A DNA stretch of 64,000 nucleotides from Octopus bimaculoides (Eukaryota): NCBI RefSeq assembly GCF_001194135.2, contig NC_068983.1:72472833-72536832 (forward strand). The letters run 5' to 3'. The notes beneath the pieces are model-generated. The model was given only the letters and a program-made list of their open reading frames with translations, did not search any database and was not told the DNA's origin. Within the stretch, counting starts at the first letter, position 1. Each line of letters opens with the position of its first letter. This document shows, piece by piece, positions 35,941 through 49,789 of this stretch. Both the position numbers and the translations under genes were made by a program.

Positions 35941-38334
35941 TTGAAGAAGTATTCATAGTGATATTCATGTGTTAACATCACAGTAAGCACCTTTAAGAAC
36001 TAGTAACGAAAGGAGAACACAAAATAAATGTAATTCTATGCAACTATCTTAAGAATAAATTCACTCCCTGACTTCTAACACTTTTATTCATGGAATTTAC
36101 TCATGGAATTTAGCATAATCTACTTTAAATTTCCTTTATTCTACACCAACCTACAGTTCAATCGATTCTACTAAAAGCCTTTTCTTGGCTAGAAGGGATG
36201 AGTTATATTCAATCCTTCTGCATTAAATATTTCTTCAGAAGTTGTTTCAATAGAATATTCAACAGAATAACATATATTGTAAATTGCTCAGATTATGTAC
36301 ACTATTTACATTAATTTTAAAGTAAATTTATTTCCTTACACATTAGCTCTTTTCCATAGCTTTATCATTTATAAAAGTTATAATAGTATTGATGTGCCAG
36401 TAATCAGCTAGAGCACTTCAACATATTATCTTACTCATTAGATACATGAAGAATTTTAATCTCATCCACCCAAAAAATGTCTATGCACTTTAATACCCAA
36501 CTTGCCTGTAGCTTTCCTAATTTCATTTCTTCTTAACCTGTGAGGCCAGGTTTTCTGTTGTCTATACAGAGAATAAGAACTCTTCATCCTGCCCCTTAAT
36601 TTTATCCTCTTTCTGCATGTACTTCTCTTTCAAGCGAACATGATTTATTCACCCAAAATATTTTACAATTATAATTAATCTTTTTCTGACCATGCTTCTA
36701 AAAGAACAAATTAACTATGTTTTACAATTAATCTTGAAATATAATCAAGAACCCAGATGAAATTAGTTATATAACTTACTTTTCCATTAAGCTCCTATTT
36801 AGAATATAACAAGCAAAGTCTTTAAAATTATGATGATAGGTTTTAATTTAAAAAGAACATTCTAAAACTGGTAGTTTTATACCACAGAACCAAGAGCAGT
36901 ATCATGCAAATTGGTTTCAAAAGGGTTAGAGTATTCTCATTAATATTCAAACATTTTCAATTATTTTTTAAAATATACTTTGTTGGATTAATTTCTAATA
37001 CCTAAGGAGATGTTCAAGTCCTTGGCTATTAGAAATTAATAATATAAACAAACATAATCTATGTTATTAGTTTATATGGACAAGTCACTATGTAAAAAGC
37101 AACTGTCTCTTAAGCATGTGTAAAATATTTGTATAGTTTCTTAAAGTACACTTCTGTTATTTTTTTTTTAACAAAATAACAAACTTGATTGAATTTTAGC
37201 AAATTTGGACAGTTCAATTTTTATAAATTCAGGCAGTTTCTTTCTTTTCTTTTTCTCTTTTAATTACCTATTAACTGAAACTAATCAAGTAAAAATTCCA
37301 CTGAGGAAATAGAACTATTAATTAATTCTGTCACGAAATAATGGATGTTTTAAAAGAATCCTTGCAGTTTTTCCCACTTAGAGCTCACAAAATAAAATTG
37401 CTCCTTTAAAGATAACAAACTGAGCTACCTCTTTCTCTCTATTTTTTACAAATATATGTACAAAAATGAACCAATGAAAAAAACATAAAAATCTAAAGAA
37501 CAATGCTATTAAATATCATTTCATAATAAGAGTGCATTAATTTAGGCATTTGTAATATGGACCTAAATTAAACTTGACTCCACAATACTAAAAAGTTTCA
37601 GAAGAGCAATCTCTGTGAATAGCACAATATCGAACAAAGTTTCAACTATTGACAATTTCTGAATGCAAAATTTATATAGTATTATATGTTCATATAGAAT
37701 TTCAAAAAATTTTCTGGAACAAAATAAAATATTTTTAACATGATATGCTGTCATATCAATTATGACAATATAAAGAAAATAGTTTAAAATTTAGTAGTAT
37801 AATTAAAAAAATAGAAAATTACAATTATTAAAAAAATTTTAATGAATATAACAGCAGTTTTTCAGAGCTTAATACAAAGATGCTTTTCTATTTTTTAAAC
37901 ATGATGGTTGCTAGTCTTTTAAATGAAATGTCTTATAATGAAAATATTTACAGTAGTAAACTGTGAAAGATAAAAAATATTTAAAAAATTAAAAGTGCAA
38001 AATTAAATGCATATTAATCTATTCCTAACAGTCTACTTACAAACAAAAATACTAATTCTGAGTAATTTTTTTTTCAATGGCATTCAGACAACTTAGTTAA
38101 AAAGGCAGCAGACTACATAACCAAAATTTAAATGCATCAGAAGCGCATTGCTAAATCCAACTTCATTTATCTTTAATAGAACATACTCCACTTTCCCAAA
38201 TAATCATTTCTAAAAATATTATTTTGTTATTGATTTTAATTACAAGGTTTTAGAGCTCATATCAGGGAACTTTTTTAATACACTTAACCAAATGAAGTAA
38301 TAATTTTCATTAAAGAACACAACCATTTATATAC

Positions 38335-38743
38335 AGGCACAAGCATGGGTGTGTGATAAGAAGCTTCCTAACGAACGACATGGTTCTAGGTTCAGTTCCA
38401 CTGTGTGGCACCTCTGGCAAATGTCTACTATAGCCTCAGGCTGACCAAAGCCTTGTGAGTGGAATTGGTAGACAGAAACTAAAAGAAGCCCGTCATATAT
38501 ACGTGTGTGTGTGTGCATACGTGCGTGCATGCATTTGTCACCCACCACCATTTGACAATCAGTGCTGGCATGTTTACATCTCTGTAACTTAGCAGTTCAA
38601 TAAAAGTGAATGATAGAATAAGTACTGGGCTTAGAAGAAAAGAAAAAATAAGTACTGACGTCAATTCATTTGACTAAAAATTCTTCAAGGCAATGCTCCA
38701 GCATGGCCACAGTTTAACGACTGAAACATGTAAAAGATAAAAG
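38335..38743 (+). mobile_element. Full-length, moderately diverged copy of the major SINE
   Basis: Head (ggttctaggttcagttccactgtgtggcacc), internal (TG)/(CA) tract and 3' end gactgaaacatgtaaaagataaaaga are all present. Confidence 0.88.
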
Positions 38744-39786
38744 ATGTTTCAAATAGTCATGAGAGAGTAAACTCAAATATTGAGGATGAAATTTATTCCT
38801 CTTCTTCAAACTGAAACCACTAATATCTGTAAATAAATCCACGTTTCAAGTTTATCAAAGTCTATGTAAATTACTAAGAATCACACTATTATTATCATCA
38901 TAGTGTTTAGTGTTACCAGATATTGTATCAACTCATAACACAGAACAAAGCTTAAATAGTGATAGGGTGAATTTTGCTGGCTTTGAATAGTTATACAAAC
39001 TGAACATCTTTACAACCTAAAATTTGATTGGCAGATCAAATTATCAGAAGATCAACTACATATTCTTTATACAATAACTTATATGGAATAGTTTTAAGCT
39101 GTTAGTGTTTTTAATCACTGCTTTGATTGACTGATGGAGTGGGGATGGGCAGATGGAGAGAATAGATCATTAGGTGTACAGACAGATTAATAGAGAGATA
39201 GATAGGTAGATACATGTTATTGGGGACAAAGAAGATGAAGAAATTACTTAATACTAGAAGGAGAATGGAATACAATTTTTGTATATTTGTAAAATTTCAG
39301 CTTCCACTCAATTACATAGACATGTGTGTGTAACAGAATTAATTTTGATTAAATAATTTCAGAACCAATTCTCTAAATTTGTGTTTTCTAAGTATACTCT
39401 GTGATCTTTGCAACTATGGAGACTAGTACAAGGAAACCTCAACTATAATACACGAGTTTCACTTCACAACTTCAGCTTTCAATGTTTCAGGAAGCACTCA
39501 GAGTTCTAATATAATTTCAATTGATAAAAATTATTGTTATTCACTCTATGAGGATTATAACATACCTATCTGCCATACATACCATGATTTGTTGAAGTGT
39601 TCCTATAATAATTGATCAATGTATAACCAATCATTCGTTGGTTAATCTCATTTTGCTAGCCAAGTTTCTGCATACAGTGCTGCTGAGGCGATCACCTGGA
39701 TTTTACTTATCCCTTCAACAACAACAACAACTACCACCACCACCATCATCATCATCATCATTATTATTATTGCCATTATTATTACG

Positions 39787-40075
39787 TAGGGCAAATGGCC
39801 TAGTGGTCAGGATGTTGCACTCACAATCACAAGATTGTGGTTTCACTTCTTAGACCAGATGCTGTGTTGCATCCCTAAGCAAAATACGTCATCTCACATT
39901 GTTTTGTAATCACTTCCACACCTGCTGTGTCTGTTCAGACAATGTTGATTTGATGGAGGGAGTGAGCTAATGTGCAGCACATACATTTGAGCCATGTAAA
40001 CAAATCATTTGTGTAGGTTATTCCAGCAAAAGAGCTGAACACTCATACATCATCTTCAATGGGAGAGTCCATCAT
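39787..40075 (+). mobile_element. Old tRNA-derived SINE
   Basis: tggcctagtggtcagg (A box) and gtggtttcacttc (B-box-like) in the head, then a non-coding body. Confidence 0.55.
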
Positions 40076-40727
40076 TATTACCTACAAGATCAATTTTCTG
40101 GAGTTAATTTCATTTATACTAATGATATGCTGCATGATTGTGTGAAATTTTATTGCAGATAATTTCTTCTTATTTCAGAAAAAATCCTCAGCCTCAAAGA
40201 ATGGTCAAGAGTTGAAAGAGGCGGAAGGAATTCAGAGTAGTGTTAATTCTGTAGACAGCAAAAAGGCTTCTCTCTCCAGGCAAAAAAACAAACTGTGTGA
40301 AGGATGAAGTAAGATGCAGCAGGGTGTTGAAAATTATATACTTAATGTAGATCTGAAGAGGTAAGATAAAAATGAGGTGCATATCATTTGATGACAGGAA
40401 TAGCAAGGTACAACAAGTAAGCTGAGAAAGTGATTTGGCATGAACAGAATCAGCTTATGTGTGAAGAAAAGACAGATCTATTAGTATTGACATATAATGC
40501 AACTGGTCAACACCTACTGGGTGAAAAGGTGATGGATGCTAATAATGGCATCAAGAGCAGAGCCAGGCAGGTGAAATGGTGTAATTATAGCTGAGTCTCA
40601 CAATTACATGACAAATAATCAAGAGGTGTGATATGCCATAGTCTATGCCACCATGGGAAAAACAATCAGCAAAATAAAGATGATGATGAAATTCTATCTA
40701 CTTTATTTCCATTATTTTTCCTATACT

Positions 40728-40829
<102 letters not shown>

Positions 40830-43031
40830 CATGTGCATACGTGCATGTGTGTGCATGCATGTGTGCACACATACACACATAAGCAAGTGCAGTTATGTGG
40901 TTAAGAAGTTCATTTCGCAACCAAGTGGCTTCAGGTTCATTCCCACTGTATGGTACCTTAGGTGAGTCAAGTGTCAGCTTCTATATACATATATACATAT
41001 ATAAATACATATATGCAATCGTCAGATTAACAATTATTCCAACACATCTTCAGGTTCTGTTTCAAAATATTATATATCTAATTTTACATCCCTTTAAAAA
41101 TTAGCAATACAATTAAGCATTAAAGATTAAAAATTAAGAATTAAAAATTAAGAATGAAAATTATACTTTGTAATATTAAGAATCAAACTTTATAAATTAT
41201 ACATTATATATATGAATTAGTATATATATAAATCATGTAAAATCAAGTATATGTCAAATACAGAATGTGAGATATAAGATTAAACATCAGAATAAAAATG
41301 TGAGAATAAACATCAGAATAAAAATGAGAGAATCTAGTTGACAAAAACTGAAAGAAGCCTGTCATATATATGTTTATGTGCCTGAGATTTTGTTTACATT
41401 TGTGCTGTTTGAAAGTCACTAGCTGCAAATGGTATAGTCACTTCTCTCAACAAATCATCTGCTCACTTCACACCTTCAAAGATGTGAAATATTAGAGCTC
41501 TTATTTGAAAAGTGTTAGCTACAGACAGGACATTCAACTGTAAAACAATGCCCTCCAAATTATATTCCTTTAACCCACGCTAACACTAAAATAAATTAGT
41601 GTGTGTATGTGGGAATTGAATTTTACCCAAAATTCTATCAGCTCTAACATCTATGACAATATGTATTTTATGTAAAGGTGCAGTTTTATAATTACCAAAT
41701 AACACCAAGGTGACTTCTAACTATGGTTGTCATAAGAGTGTATGAAGTTAGATAAGTGTAGCAAACAGTTACCAATAAAAAGAACAAAGATGGTCATAGA
41801 GGAGTCAGAATAGGGAGGGTAGAGAATCAAGAAGGTACTTCTGAGTGAAACAAGTATGGCACAGTTATCAGAGAAGATCTTTACACACGTAAAGTTATTT
41901 ATAAGTATGATAGCTGTATGGTAGACTTCATAAAATTCTGATTTAACACCACTACTCAGTCCTTGGTTACCTTTAGCAGAATTCACTCTGCTGCAAGTAT
42001 TCAGACCAAGTCACCAGTTCGAGGATGCTTTCCTCCTTTCATCCCACCAGTCACAGTAGTTCCGAAATCCAGTCACTGGTGCTGGATTTCCCTTCATAAT
42101 TAAATAGTAAAAAAAAAAAATTAGGAAGAGTGCTTCACTAGGAATTTGTGTTTATCACCAGCTTGGTGGTTTTACTTTAATGTGTGACGATGATTAAAAA
42201 GCATTTGTATGTATGCAAAAAGATCAAATGAGGAACCAGCATTTTAAAGGTTACATTGTCTATGTTATGTCCAGAATACTGAGAATAAAGACATTAGGTT
42301 AATACTTATTTGAATGAGGATCTCCTTTCTTGCAAAAGGTGGTGAGGGAGGTGATGGTTATATGCCAAGGTTTCTAAGTATTTACCCATTCAGAAGTGAA
42401 GATTGTAAAGCTTCATTAATACAAAAAATTAATTCTAGAAAACATTGTTTAAAAGAAACAGCTGAAATGTCATCTGTAATAGATTTATAATGAGAGATAG
42501 TTCAATAAAATTAAACATCTGTGCATGTTCTTACTACCAAAAAGTAAGATTCATGTATTTCCAATTAAATATATTGATAGGAATCTTTTGCAGCACTAAA
42601 CTAAGCATGATATGTTGCTTTCAACACTTGACTTTTGTTTAGCTGAGTTTGTCAAAAGGTTATCAATTTTGCTATGAACCAATATTTTTCAAGCCAGTTT
42701 TATTATATTGTTTTGTTTACATTATTACTTTGATGTATCTTTAATTTGTTACAAATCAATCAATCATTAGTTTATCTATCCCCGAATGAGTGTGACTGAC
42801 TTCTTATATTTTGGGTCATCCATCAATGATGACTGCTCTTACTGATGTTAGCAGAGAGTGAAATATGGTTTGTGATGTTCATGCCTTTTCAAAAAACATC
42901 AGTGACATAAGTGACATGAAACAACCCTAACCAGGCACAAAAATCAGTTATGCAATCAGTATATCAACAAGTTCTAGAAGACTTCAAAATGCCCCACAAC
43001 CATAATGATCTTTACAATATAATACTAAAGC

Positions 43032-43256
43032 AGCGAGCTGGTAGAATCGTTAGCATGCTGGGCGAAGTGCTTAACGGTATTTCGTCTGCCGCTACGTTCT
43101 GAGTTCAAATTCCGCCGAGGTTAACTTTGCCTTTCATCCTTTCGGGGTCGATTAAATAAGTACCAGTTACGCACTGGGATCGATTTAATCGACTTAGTCC
43201 CTTTGTCTGTCCTTGTTTGTCCCTTCTATGTTTAGCCCCTTGTGGGCAATAAAGAA
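43032..43256 (+). mobile_element. Young CpG-rich tRNA-type SINE with the ctttgcctttcatcctttcggggtcga core
   Basis: Head gcgagctggtagaatcgttagc...gagttcaaattccgccgagg. The core recalls conserved Nin/Meta-type SINE domains (exact domain not verified). Diverged copies near 17480, 28010, 30770, 33380, 51900 and 63410-63620. Confidence 0.88.
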
Positions 43257-44439
43257 TTAAATATAATACTATTTCTTGCATCCAATACTTAATATATTGT
43301 AGTAAATGTTTAAGCACAAACTGCAATTATATTTGCAAATATACTATCAACTGTTTAGTAGTCAACAGAGTATAATTGGCTTTTTTATCAACCATAAAGA
43401 ATAAGAGACAAATTTGTTATTTAACCTCAGGAACCCCCCCCCCCCAGATTCAAGAGACTTAGAATCAAACATACACCAGGCATGGACATGACTGCCTCAT
43501 TTGTTTTTTTCTTTTTTAGACAATGAATCTAGGACCACATTATCCAATGTGTCCTTCCTTTTTTTTTTTTTACTTCAGACAAGCAGTATAGTGTGGTATG
43601 AAGATTTTGATAGCTATTTCTGGCAAGACAAGTCACCATATATATTGCCTCATTAGAACAGGAACTCAAATCTTTAAAGTACCAGAATGAAATATAAAAT
43701 AAGCTCTCCATTGTCTAGGCAATTTCCACATCCTTAGAAACAACAGTAATTCTGATGCTTTAAGTGATATTAAACCTGGAGAGAAATGGGAAATTATGAC
43801 ATCAATATTTTTCCCACAAATATTGATTATGTTAATGTGATATGAAACATGACTCTTAAATTTCATTGACAAATAAAATTCTTCATTGTTGTTTATTAGG
43901 TAGAAATTGTCAGCCTTGATTAAAATTTATTGCATAGGTGTAGCCAATTAAAGATTTAACAGCAAGCTAGAAATGCAATCTAGATATAATTTTAAAAAAG
44001 AAAAGAGAGAAAAAAATAGTATAAAAATAAAACAATGTTTTATTAAACTGCATTGTTTCAGCTTTCTAAAATATGTTAAAATTTCACAGAACCTAAAACT
44101 CAACTTTGAATACAAATTACAACCAGCTAGATTATTTGTGGTTATATATTTGTTTTATCTAACAATTCTTAACATTTCTGAGAAAATGATTTTGAAATGA
44201 AGCTATCCATCTATAAAACTAACAAGCTATTAGTAAAGAATGCTAGACAATACTGACTTATTTGGTTGGCAGAAAGTTTAACATGCTGTTATTACTGCTA
44301 TTGAATATTTCAGTTAGAATGATCAAGCACCAATAAAGATAGGTGAATTTCAATACATCCTTCATTTTGAAAAGAAAAATACACTTTGCAGGGATTAACA
44401 ATTTAAAAGAAATAAAAAGTGTAATAAAACGATGTTTTA

Positions 44440-45480
44440 TTATTTTCTTTGAAATTTCAGCATCCATATCTCAGTACATATTCACTGTGTGCCCAAATTG
44501 TTGTTGTTGGCACTCCGTCGCTTACGACGTTGAGGGTTCCAGTTGATCCGAATCAACGGAACAGCCTGCTCGTGAAATTAACGGGCAAGTGGCTGAGCAC
44601 TCCAGAGACACGTGTACCCTTAACATAGTTCTCGAGGATATTCAGCATGACAAGGCTAGCCCCTTTGAAATACAGGTGCAACAGAAACAGGAAGAAAGAG
44701 TGAGAGAAAGTTGTGGTGGAAGAGTACAACAGGGTTCGCCACCATCCCCTGCTGGAGCCTCGTGGAGCTTTAGGTGTTTTCGCTCAATAAACACTCACAA
44801 CGCCCGGTCTGGGAATCGAAACTGCGATCCTATGACCGCGAGTCCGCTGCCCTAACCAATGGGCCATTGCGCCTCCACGTGCCCAAATTAAACATACTCC
44901 TTTAATTCCTCAATTTTATTGCTTTTCACCTCTGTTCAGCTTTTTGTTACATCTTCTGACTGCATTTATTTTGTTTTCATGTGATTTGTTTTAAGATGTA
45001 CTGTTAAGCTCTCAGTGTCCAGCTCTGTCAGTGTGGTCTGCAGCTGGTCTGTGGTTTCATTGATGAGTACAATGTCATCTGAGAAATGAAAGTGTGTTAG
45101 TTGCTCACCATTGATGTTCACACCATTTGTCCAGTCAATATCCTTGATGATCATTTCTAGATATGTTGTAAAGACCTTTGGAGAGATCGTATCTCTTTGC
45201 TTGACACCCTTCTCAAATGGGACCCTTGCTGGTGGTGATGGCAGAGATATATCTGTTGTACATCCAGGCTTGCATTTCCAGAAATTTCAACACTATGTTC
45301 ATCTCAATGCTATCAAAAGGTCTTTTCATAATCAACAAAAGCAATACACAGAGGGAGCTAGTATTCATTCACTCATTCTATGGGCTGTGTCAGAGTGAAT
45401 ATAGTGAATATGTGATTTCTCATACTATAGTTCTAACAGAAACTCGTTTGCTCTCTCAGCTATTGGCCATTGAAGTGTTT
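44440..45480 (-). mobile_element. RTE LINE RT segment in antisense (inverted 5' part), interrupted by a SINE
   Basis: Minus frames include KRPFDSIE, GVKQRDTISPKVFTTYLEMIIKDIDWTNGVNINGEQLTHFHFSDDIVLI, IEELKEYV..LGHTVN and DMDAEISKK. Confidence 0.85.
44500..44878 (-). mobile_element. Young full-length tRNA-derived SINE with 11-bp TSD
   Basis: Minus head gtggaggcgcaatggcccattggttagggcagcggactcg...gtttcgattcccagaccg and (aac)n tail. TSD gtgcccaaatt at 44489-44499 and 44879-44889. Confidence 0.93.
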
Positions 45481-45504
45481 TGATAGTTTGATGACTATGA
45501 CCTT

Positions 45505-45990
45505 TGTATACAGCTTATTGATGGAAGGCATTTAACTCAATAAAGGATATCCTCAAAACAAAGTTAGACAATACCATACATAACAGACTCTTCAATAGCA
45601 TCGTCCTACCTGCACTCTTATACACAGATGTGGACTACTACAAAGAGGACAGAACATCAATTGATTATAATGCAAAGGGCCATGGAAGGATCCATGCTAG
45701 GATTATCATTACAAGAGCCATTCAAAATGAGATAATTCAAGAATGGAACAAACAACAATGTGATCACAGACTACTGAAAGCACAAGTTCTACTGGGTTGG
45801 ACATGCTGCAAGGTTCATTGACAACAAGTGGACTTGTGCAGTGGCCAAGTAGTATCCAAGAGATCGCAAAACACCAGATGGAAGGTTTCCATGATGATGG
45901 GAAGCTAATTTAGTTAAGCAATTTGGGTCAAGATGAGAAAAAAAAGCACACTGAAAACAGAATTGGAAGCACATTGTGACTAGCAGTGTA
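45505..45990 (+). mobile_element. RTE LINE C-terminal segment in sense orientation
   Basis: WKAFNSIKDILK, then remnants of FN..VLPA...W.TTK, K..WAGHAAR..DNKWT..V..W.PRD.K.P.GRFP..W. Frameshifted. Confidence 0.75.
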
Positions 45991-47756
45991 CAACAGCATT
46001 TGATAGTCTGGTTGGTACTCTGATCTGTTCTATTAGATCACACTATTTTAGCTTTCTAATCTGTTAAAATAGATATAACCTAATAGTAAGCTGTGTACAG
46101 TCCTTATCAAATCTAGTCAATGTATCTGCCTTTCTTCACCCTCCCATGCCTACAGTGTATCATTTTCCAAGCTCCATACTAAATATTTTTTCTTAATTGT
46201 TCCCTTTCCTGAACTAAAAATTTCTAAAACTCCTTTCCTGCTCAACTTTTCAATTACAGATAGAATCCATCTAAAAGACACCAATATAGTTTCCATTGGC
46301 CCAGTTTCTCTCATTAGATATTGGTCAACTTGGTATATAGAAAATGACATTTGCCTAAGATACCATGCAGTGGGATTGAACATGAGATCTCACAGTTGCA
46401 AGGCTAAATTCTTGAAGAGAACAACCTATACAGCTTATAAGGGCAGTAAGATTAGTAGTTTAGCCCCAAGTCAATTTTGATTGAGCAGACTTATGATCAA
46501 AAGCATTTCAGTTCCAACAATCTTATCTAATTATATTTTTTCAGACACAGTGCATAAGAAGCTCATAATCCAATGTGTTCTTGCTTTTGTATGACAGCAG
46601 GGCACTAGATAGTTTATGCTACTCAAGATATGAAGTTGCCATCACAAAATTAACACTGAAGGTAGAAATATGGATGAATATAGATGCATATGTTATCATC
46701 ACATTCAAATATTTGCTATCTCTAAAGACTTCTACACTGTTACTTTGATATTTGTAAACTCCACTTTCTATGTAGGTAAAAAGATGTAAGAACTGCAGCA
46801 GCTTTGGAAATTTTGTCAGAGAATTTAGAATTTCTTGTTTAACATTTCAATGATGATGATAGCAGCTCACAAAGACAATGAAGAAAGAAATTAGGAGTTG
46901 AGGAGAATGACTCGGCAGTGCTCATTCATCAGCTGCCAAAGAACATTTGCTTTAAGTACAGGTTTGAGAATGTCAGTTACTTTGTCAACAGTCCATTTGG
47001 AACTACCTATAATTAATGCCATAGGTATCAACTGAAATCCCATTGACACTGCATAATCCTGGTCTACATCAACTGTTATATAAAGCTATTACAGATATCT
47101 ATTCAACCTTATTAGCAAATGAATTAGTAGCAGTATACTGTGTCAATAACAACCAACTATATGATGTTGATACCTGAAATAGCCAACTATTTGAATCATT
47201 AAAAAATTTCAATGCCACCTCTTTGCTGCTATCCTAAAATAGGAGAATCATAGTTGGAATGTCTTTGATCATAAGTCTACTCAATCAGAATTTAACTGGA
47301 GCTAACTGTAACTAAAACAACTAAAAAAAACTAAAATAAAGAATCCTTGCCCATTATTCTAAAAAAAGTTTTCAACCAAAGCCATTTAGTTGTCCAAAGA
47401 AATGAATGAGTTTTTCCAAAATGTTAAGCAGACACTAGCAGACTTAACTGCTTTATCATTCTAACCTTAAGTTGCCCACATTTGATATCTCCAGTGTCAC
47501 CATTAGTGCAATATTAAAACATTTACAAAGGATAAACCACAGTAACCATTAGCATTCTTTAAACAGTAATTCTAAGATTTATGCTTTTCTTATCTTTTCC
47601 AATTCTGGTTACATTACAGAAACTGATATTTTTCATAAACCAACCACAAGCCATGTAAGTGTCTAAATCTACAAGATGTTTTTAATAAAACTTCAACTTG
47701 TAGGTCTATTAGCTTCAGCTTATTTTTAGGGATGAAAAATGCTTTAATAATTACAT

Positions 47757-48075
47757 CTTGTGTGGTAAAAAGCTTGCTTCCCAACCACATGGTTCTGACC
47801 GACCAAAGCCTTGTGAGTGGATTTGGTATATGGAAACTGGAAAAAGCCTGTTATATATATATATATATATATTTGTGCGTTTGGGGGTTGTCCTCCCACC
47901 ATCACTTGAGAACTGGTGTTGGTATGTTTACATACCCATAACTTAGCGGTTTGGCACAAGAGACCGATAGAATAAATACTAGGCTTACAAAGAATAACTC
48001 CTGGGGGTTGATACATTCAACTAAAAGCAGTGCTCCAGCATGGCTGCAGTCAACTGACTGAAACAAGTAAAAGAG
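47757..48075 (+). mobile_element. Major SINE copy with an internal deletion in the head
   Basis: ccaaccacatggttct joins directly to gaccgaccaaagcc, skipping ~50 nt present in other copies. The 3' end is intact. Confidence 0.85.
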
Positions 48076-48189
48076 ATTATGCCAAACAAAATGCAGAATA
48101 AATGTAAATATTGAAAAATTTTTCATCTTCAAAAATGAAGTTAATAGTGCTAAAAATTACAATCTTAATCACAGACACTAACTTTTGCT

Positions 48190-48445
48190 AAATCGAAGGC
48201 ATCAGACATTTACTCCATACATCTCTCACCCTTGATACGGCCTGTCTCTCTTTCCTTCACACCTAAATAGAAAGCTCAGTCTTTCAACTTCAGAACCTTC
48301 ACTATCAGGAATCTCTTTCCTGCTCATGTCTTTCCAGCAGACGTTGATTTTTAAATGGAACGTCAATGACATTAACCTTACTGGTCTTAAAGAGCTCACG
48401 AGCATCATGGTCTCTGGCCGAATGGCAAGGGAAAAGAAAAAAAAA
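48190..48445 (+). mobile_element. Crack/L2-group LINE 3' end
   Basis: FRTFTIRNLFPAHVFPADVD followed by KWNVNDINLTGL* (after a frameshift) resembles RT..LWN.LPA.VFP...FK.NVN. Confidence 0.55.
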
Positions 48446-49149
48446 AGGCACATCCAAATTTACCACTAAAAATATATTACTGAGAAAGAAAATTCTGTCA
48501 TGACTTGCTGTTTATGATAATAAACATGGTGAAATTTGTTAGATCGATACTGTCCAGAAGTCTGTTACATGAGGGGTATGGGTGCACACACACACAAACG
48601 TGTGTGTGTGTGTGTGTGTATGAGTGTTTTTTTCCTCGCATCATCACAGTGACAGTGTTTAGTTGACAATGATGTAATGCTTACTCTCCCATAAACATAA
48701 CATCCAATATTTTGGGAGTTTTGATGATTTTGATATGTGATGACCAATGAAATGAAAATACCTTCCATGGAAAATAGGTGAAGGTCAATAGCAAGAAGGG
48801 CTTCTGACTATAGAAAACTGCGTCAATAAGTCCCATCCAACCCACACCAACATAAAAAGAAAACTAAAAACAATGATAATGAGGAGAAGGAGAGAATGCC
48901 CCCAATATACAAGAATAACTAAGTAAATAACTAAAAAATAAACAAGAACAACCAGCAAAGCAACAAATAAACATAATTATTCTGTGAGGATGGACAGAAG
49001 AATTCAACGTTTTAGATTGTGGTTCTTTGTCAAGAAAAGAAAAGAGAACAGAGATGAAAAACAGGAAAACAATATCAAGTGTGCTATGAGGCTGCATGAT
49101 GAAATGGCAGAAGTAGGCAGAACATGGTTTCAGAAAGGAAAATGGTAGT

Positions 49150-49590
49150 TGAGGGAGATATCCAAGATAAGCATCAGAATGAGACATGTAGTATGTGTAA
49201 GCATGTTATGTATGGGGGAGTGAAAAAGTGAGAAAGAGTAAGAAGTCAAATGTGTGTGAGTAGGTTGTACATTTGTGAGCAAGTGGGTTGTGCATGAATG
49301 TGCATAGCGAGATGATGTGAATATGGCATAGTGCTGAATGAGTGGTGTGAGTTGATACAATGAAGTATTGCATGGGTAGTATGAACAATAATACATAAAA
49401 GAGTGGGATGTAAAGTGTAGGGGGAATAGGTTTATGTGTGGATGGAATGTATATGTGTAACTGCTCTGGGAAGTAATAGTGTGTGAATGAATGGATATGA
49501 TGAGCTGCTCTATGAGTGTATGGTAGAGGCATAGTGGTGTGTGTTGAGATAGGGAGTAGGACAATTTGAAGTGAATATGAAAGCAGTTAT
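49150..49590 (-). mobile_element. Possible decayed I/Jockey-group LINE C-terminus (C-poor on plus strand)
   Basis: Minus frame LYHTLIEQLI...LYQLTPLIQHYAIFTSSRYAHS resembles LYKTLIRP...LH..T.L. Weak. Confidence 0.25.
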
Positions 49591-49789
49591 TGTTGTGTGA
49601 AGGCATTTTTCTGAAAAGGCATTGTTTTTAAAAACAAAAATGCAACTCAATTATAGCTGAGGCAACTATGTTTAAAGTGGAAAATTATTTTGTGTTCATG
49701 AAGCAAGCAGGAAATGGGACTCCTATTATATTGGATAATCCCATAAACAGCAAGACAAAGGTAGATGTGGCCTGGAGAATTGAAGTGAC

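Noticed and set aside
41281-41332. Short tandem duplications (26 bp here, 17 bp near 24360, 85 bp at 13756) as CRISPR-like arrays
   Set aside because: Only two adjacent units, no spacers, eukaryotic context.
44820-44878. tRNA gene
   Set aside because: tRNA-like A/B boxes belong to a SINE head with body, tail and TSD; there is no complete cloverleaf. The same holds for 12780-12861, 39787-39860 and 43032-43120.
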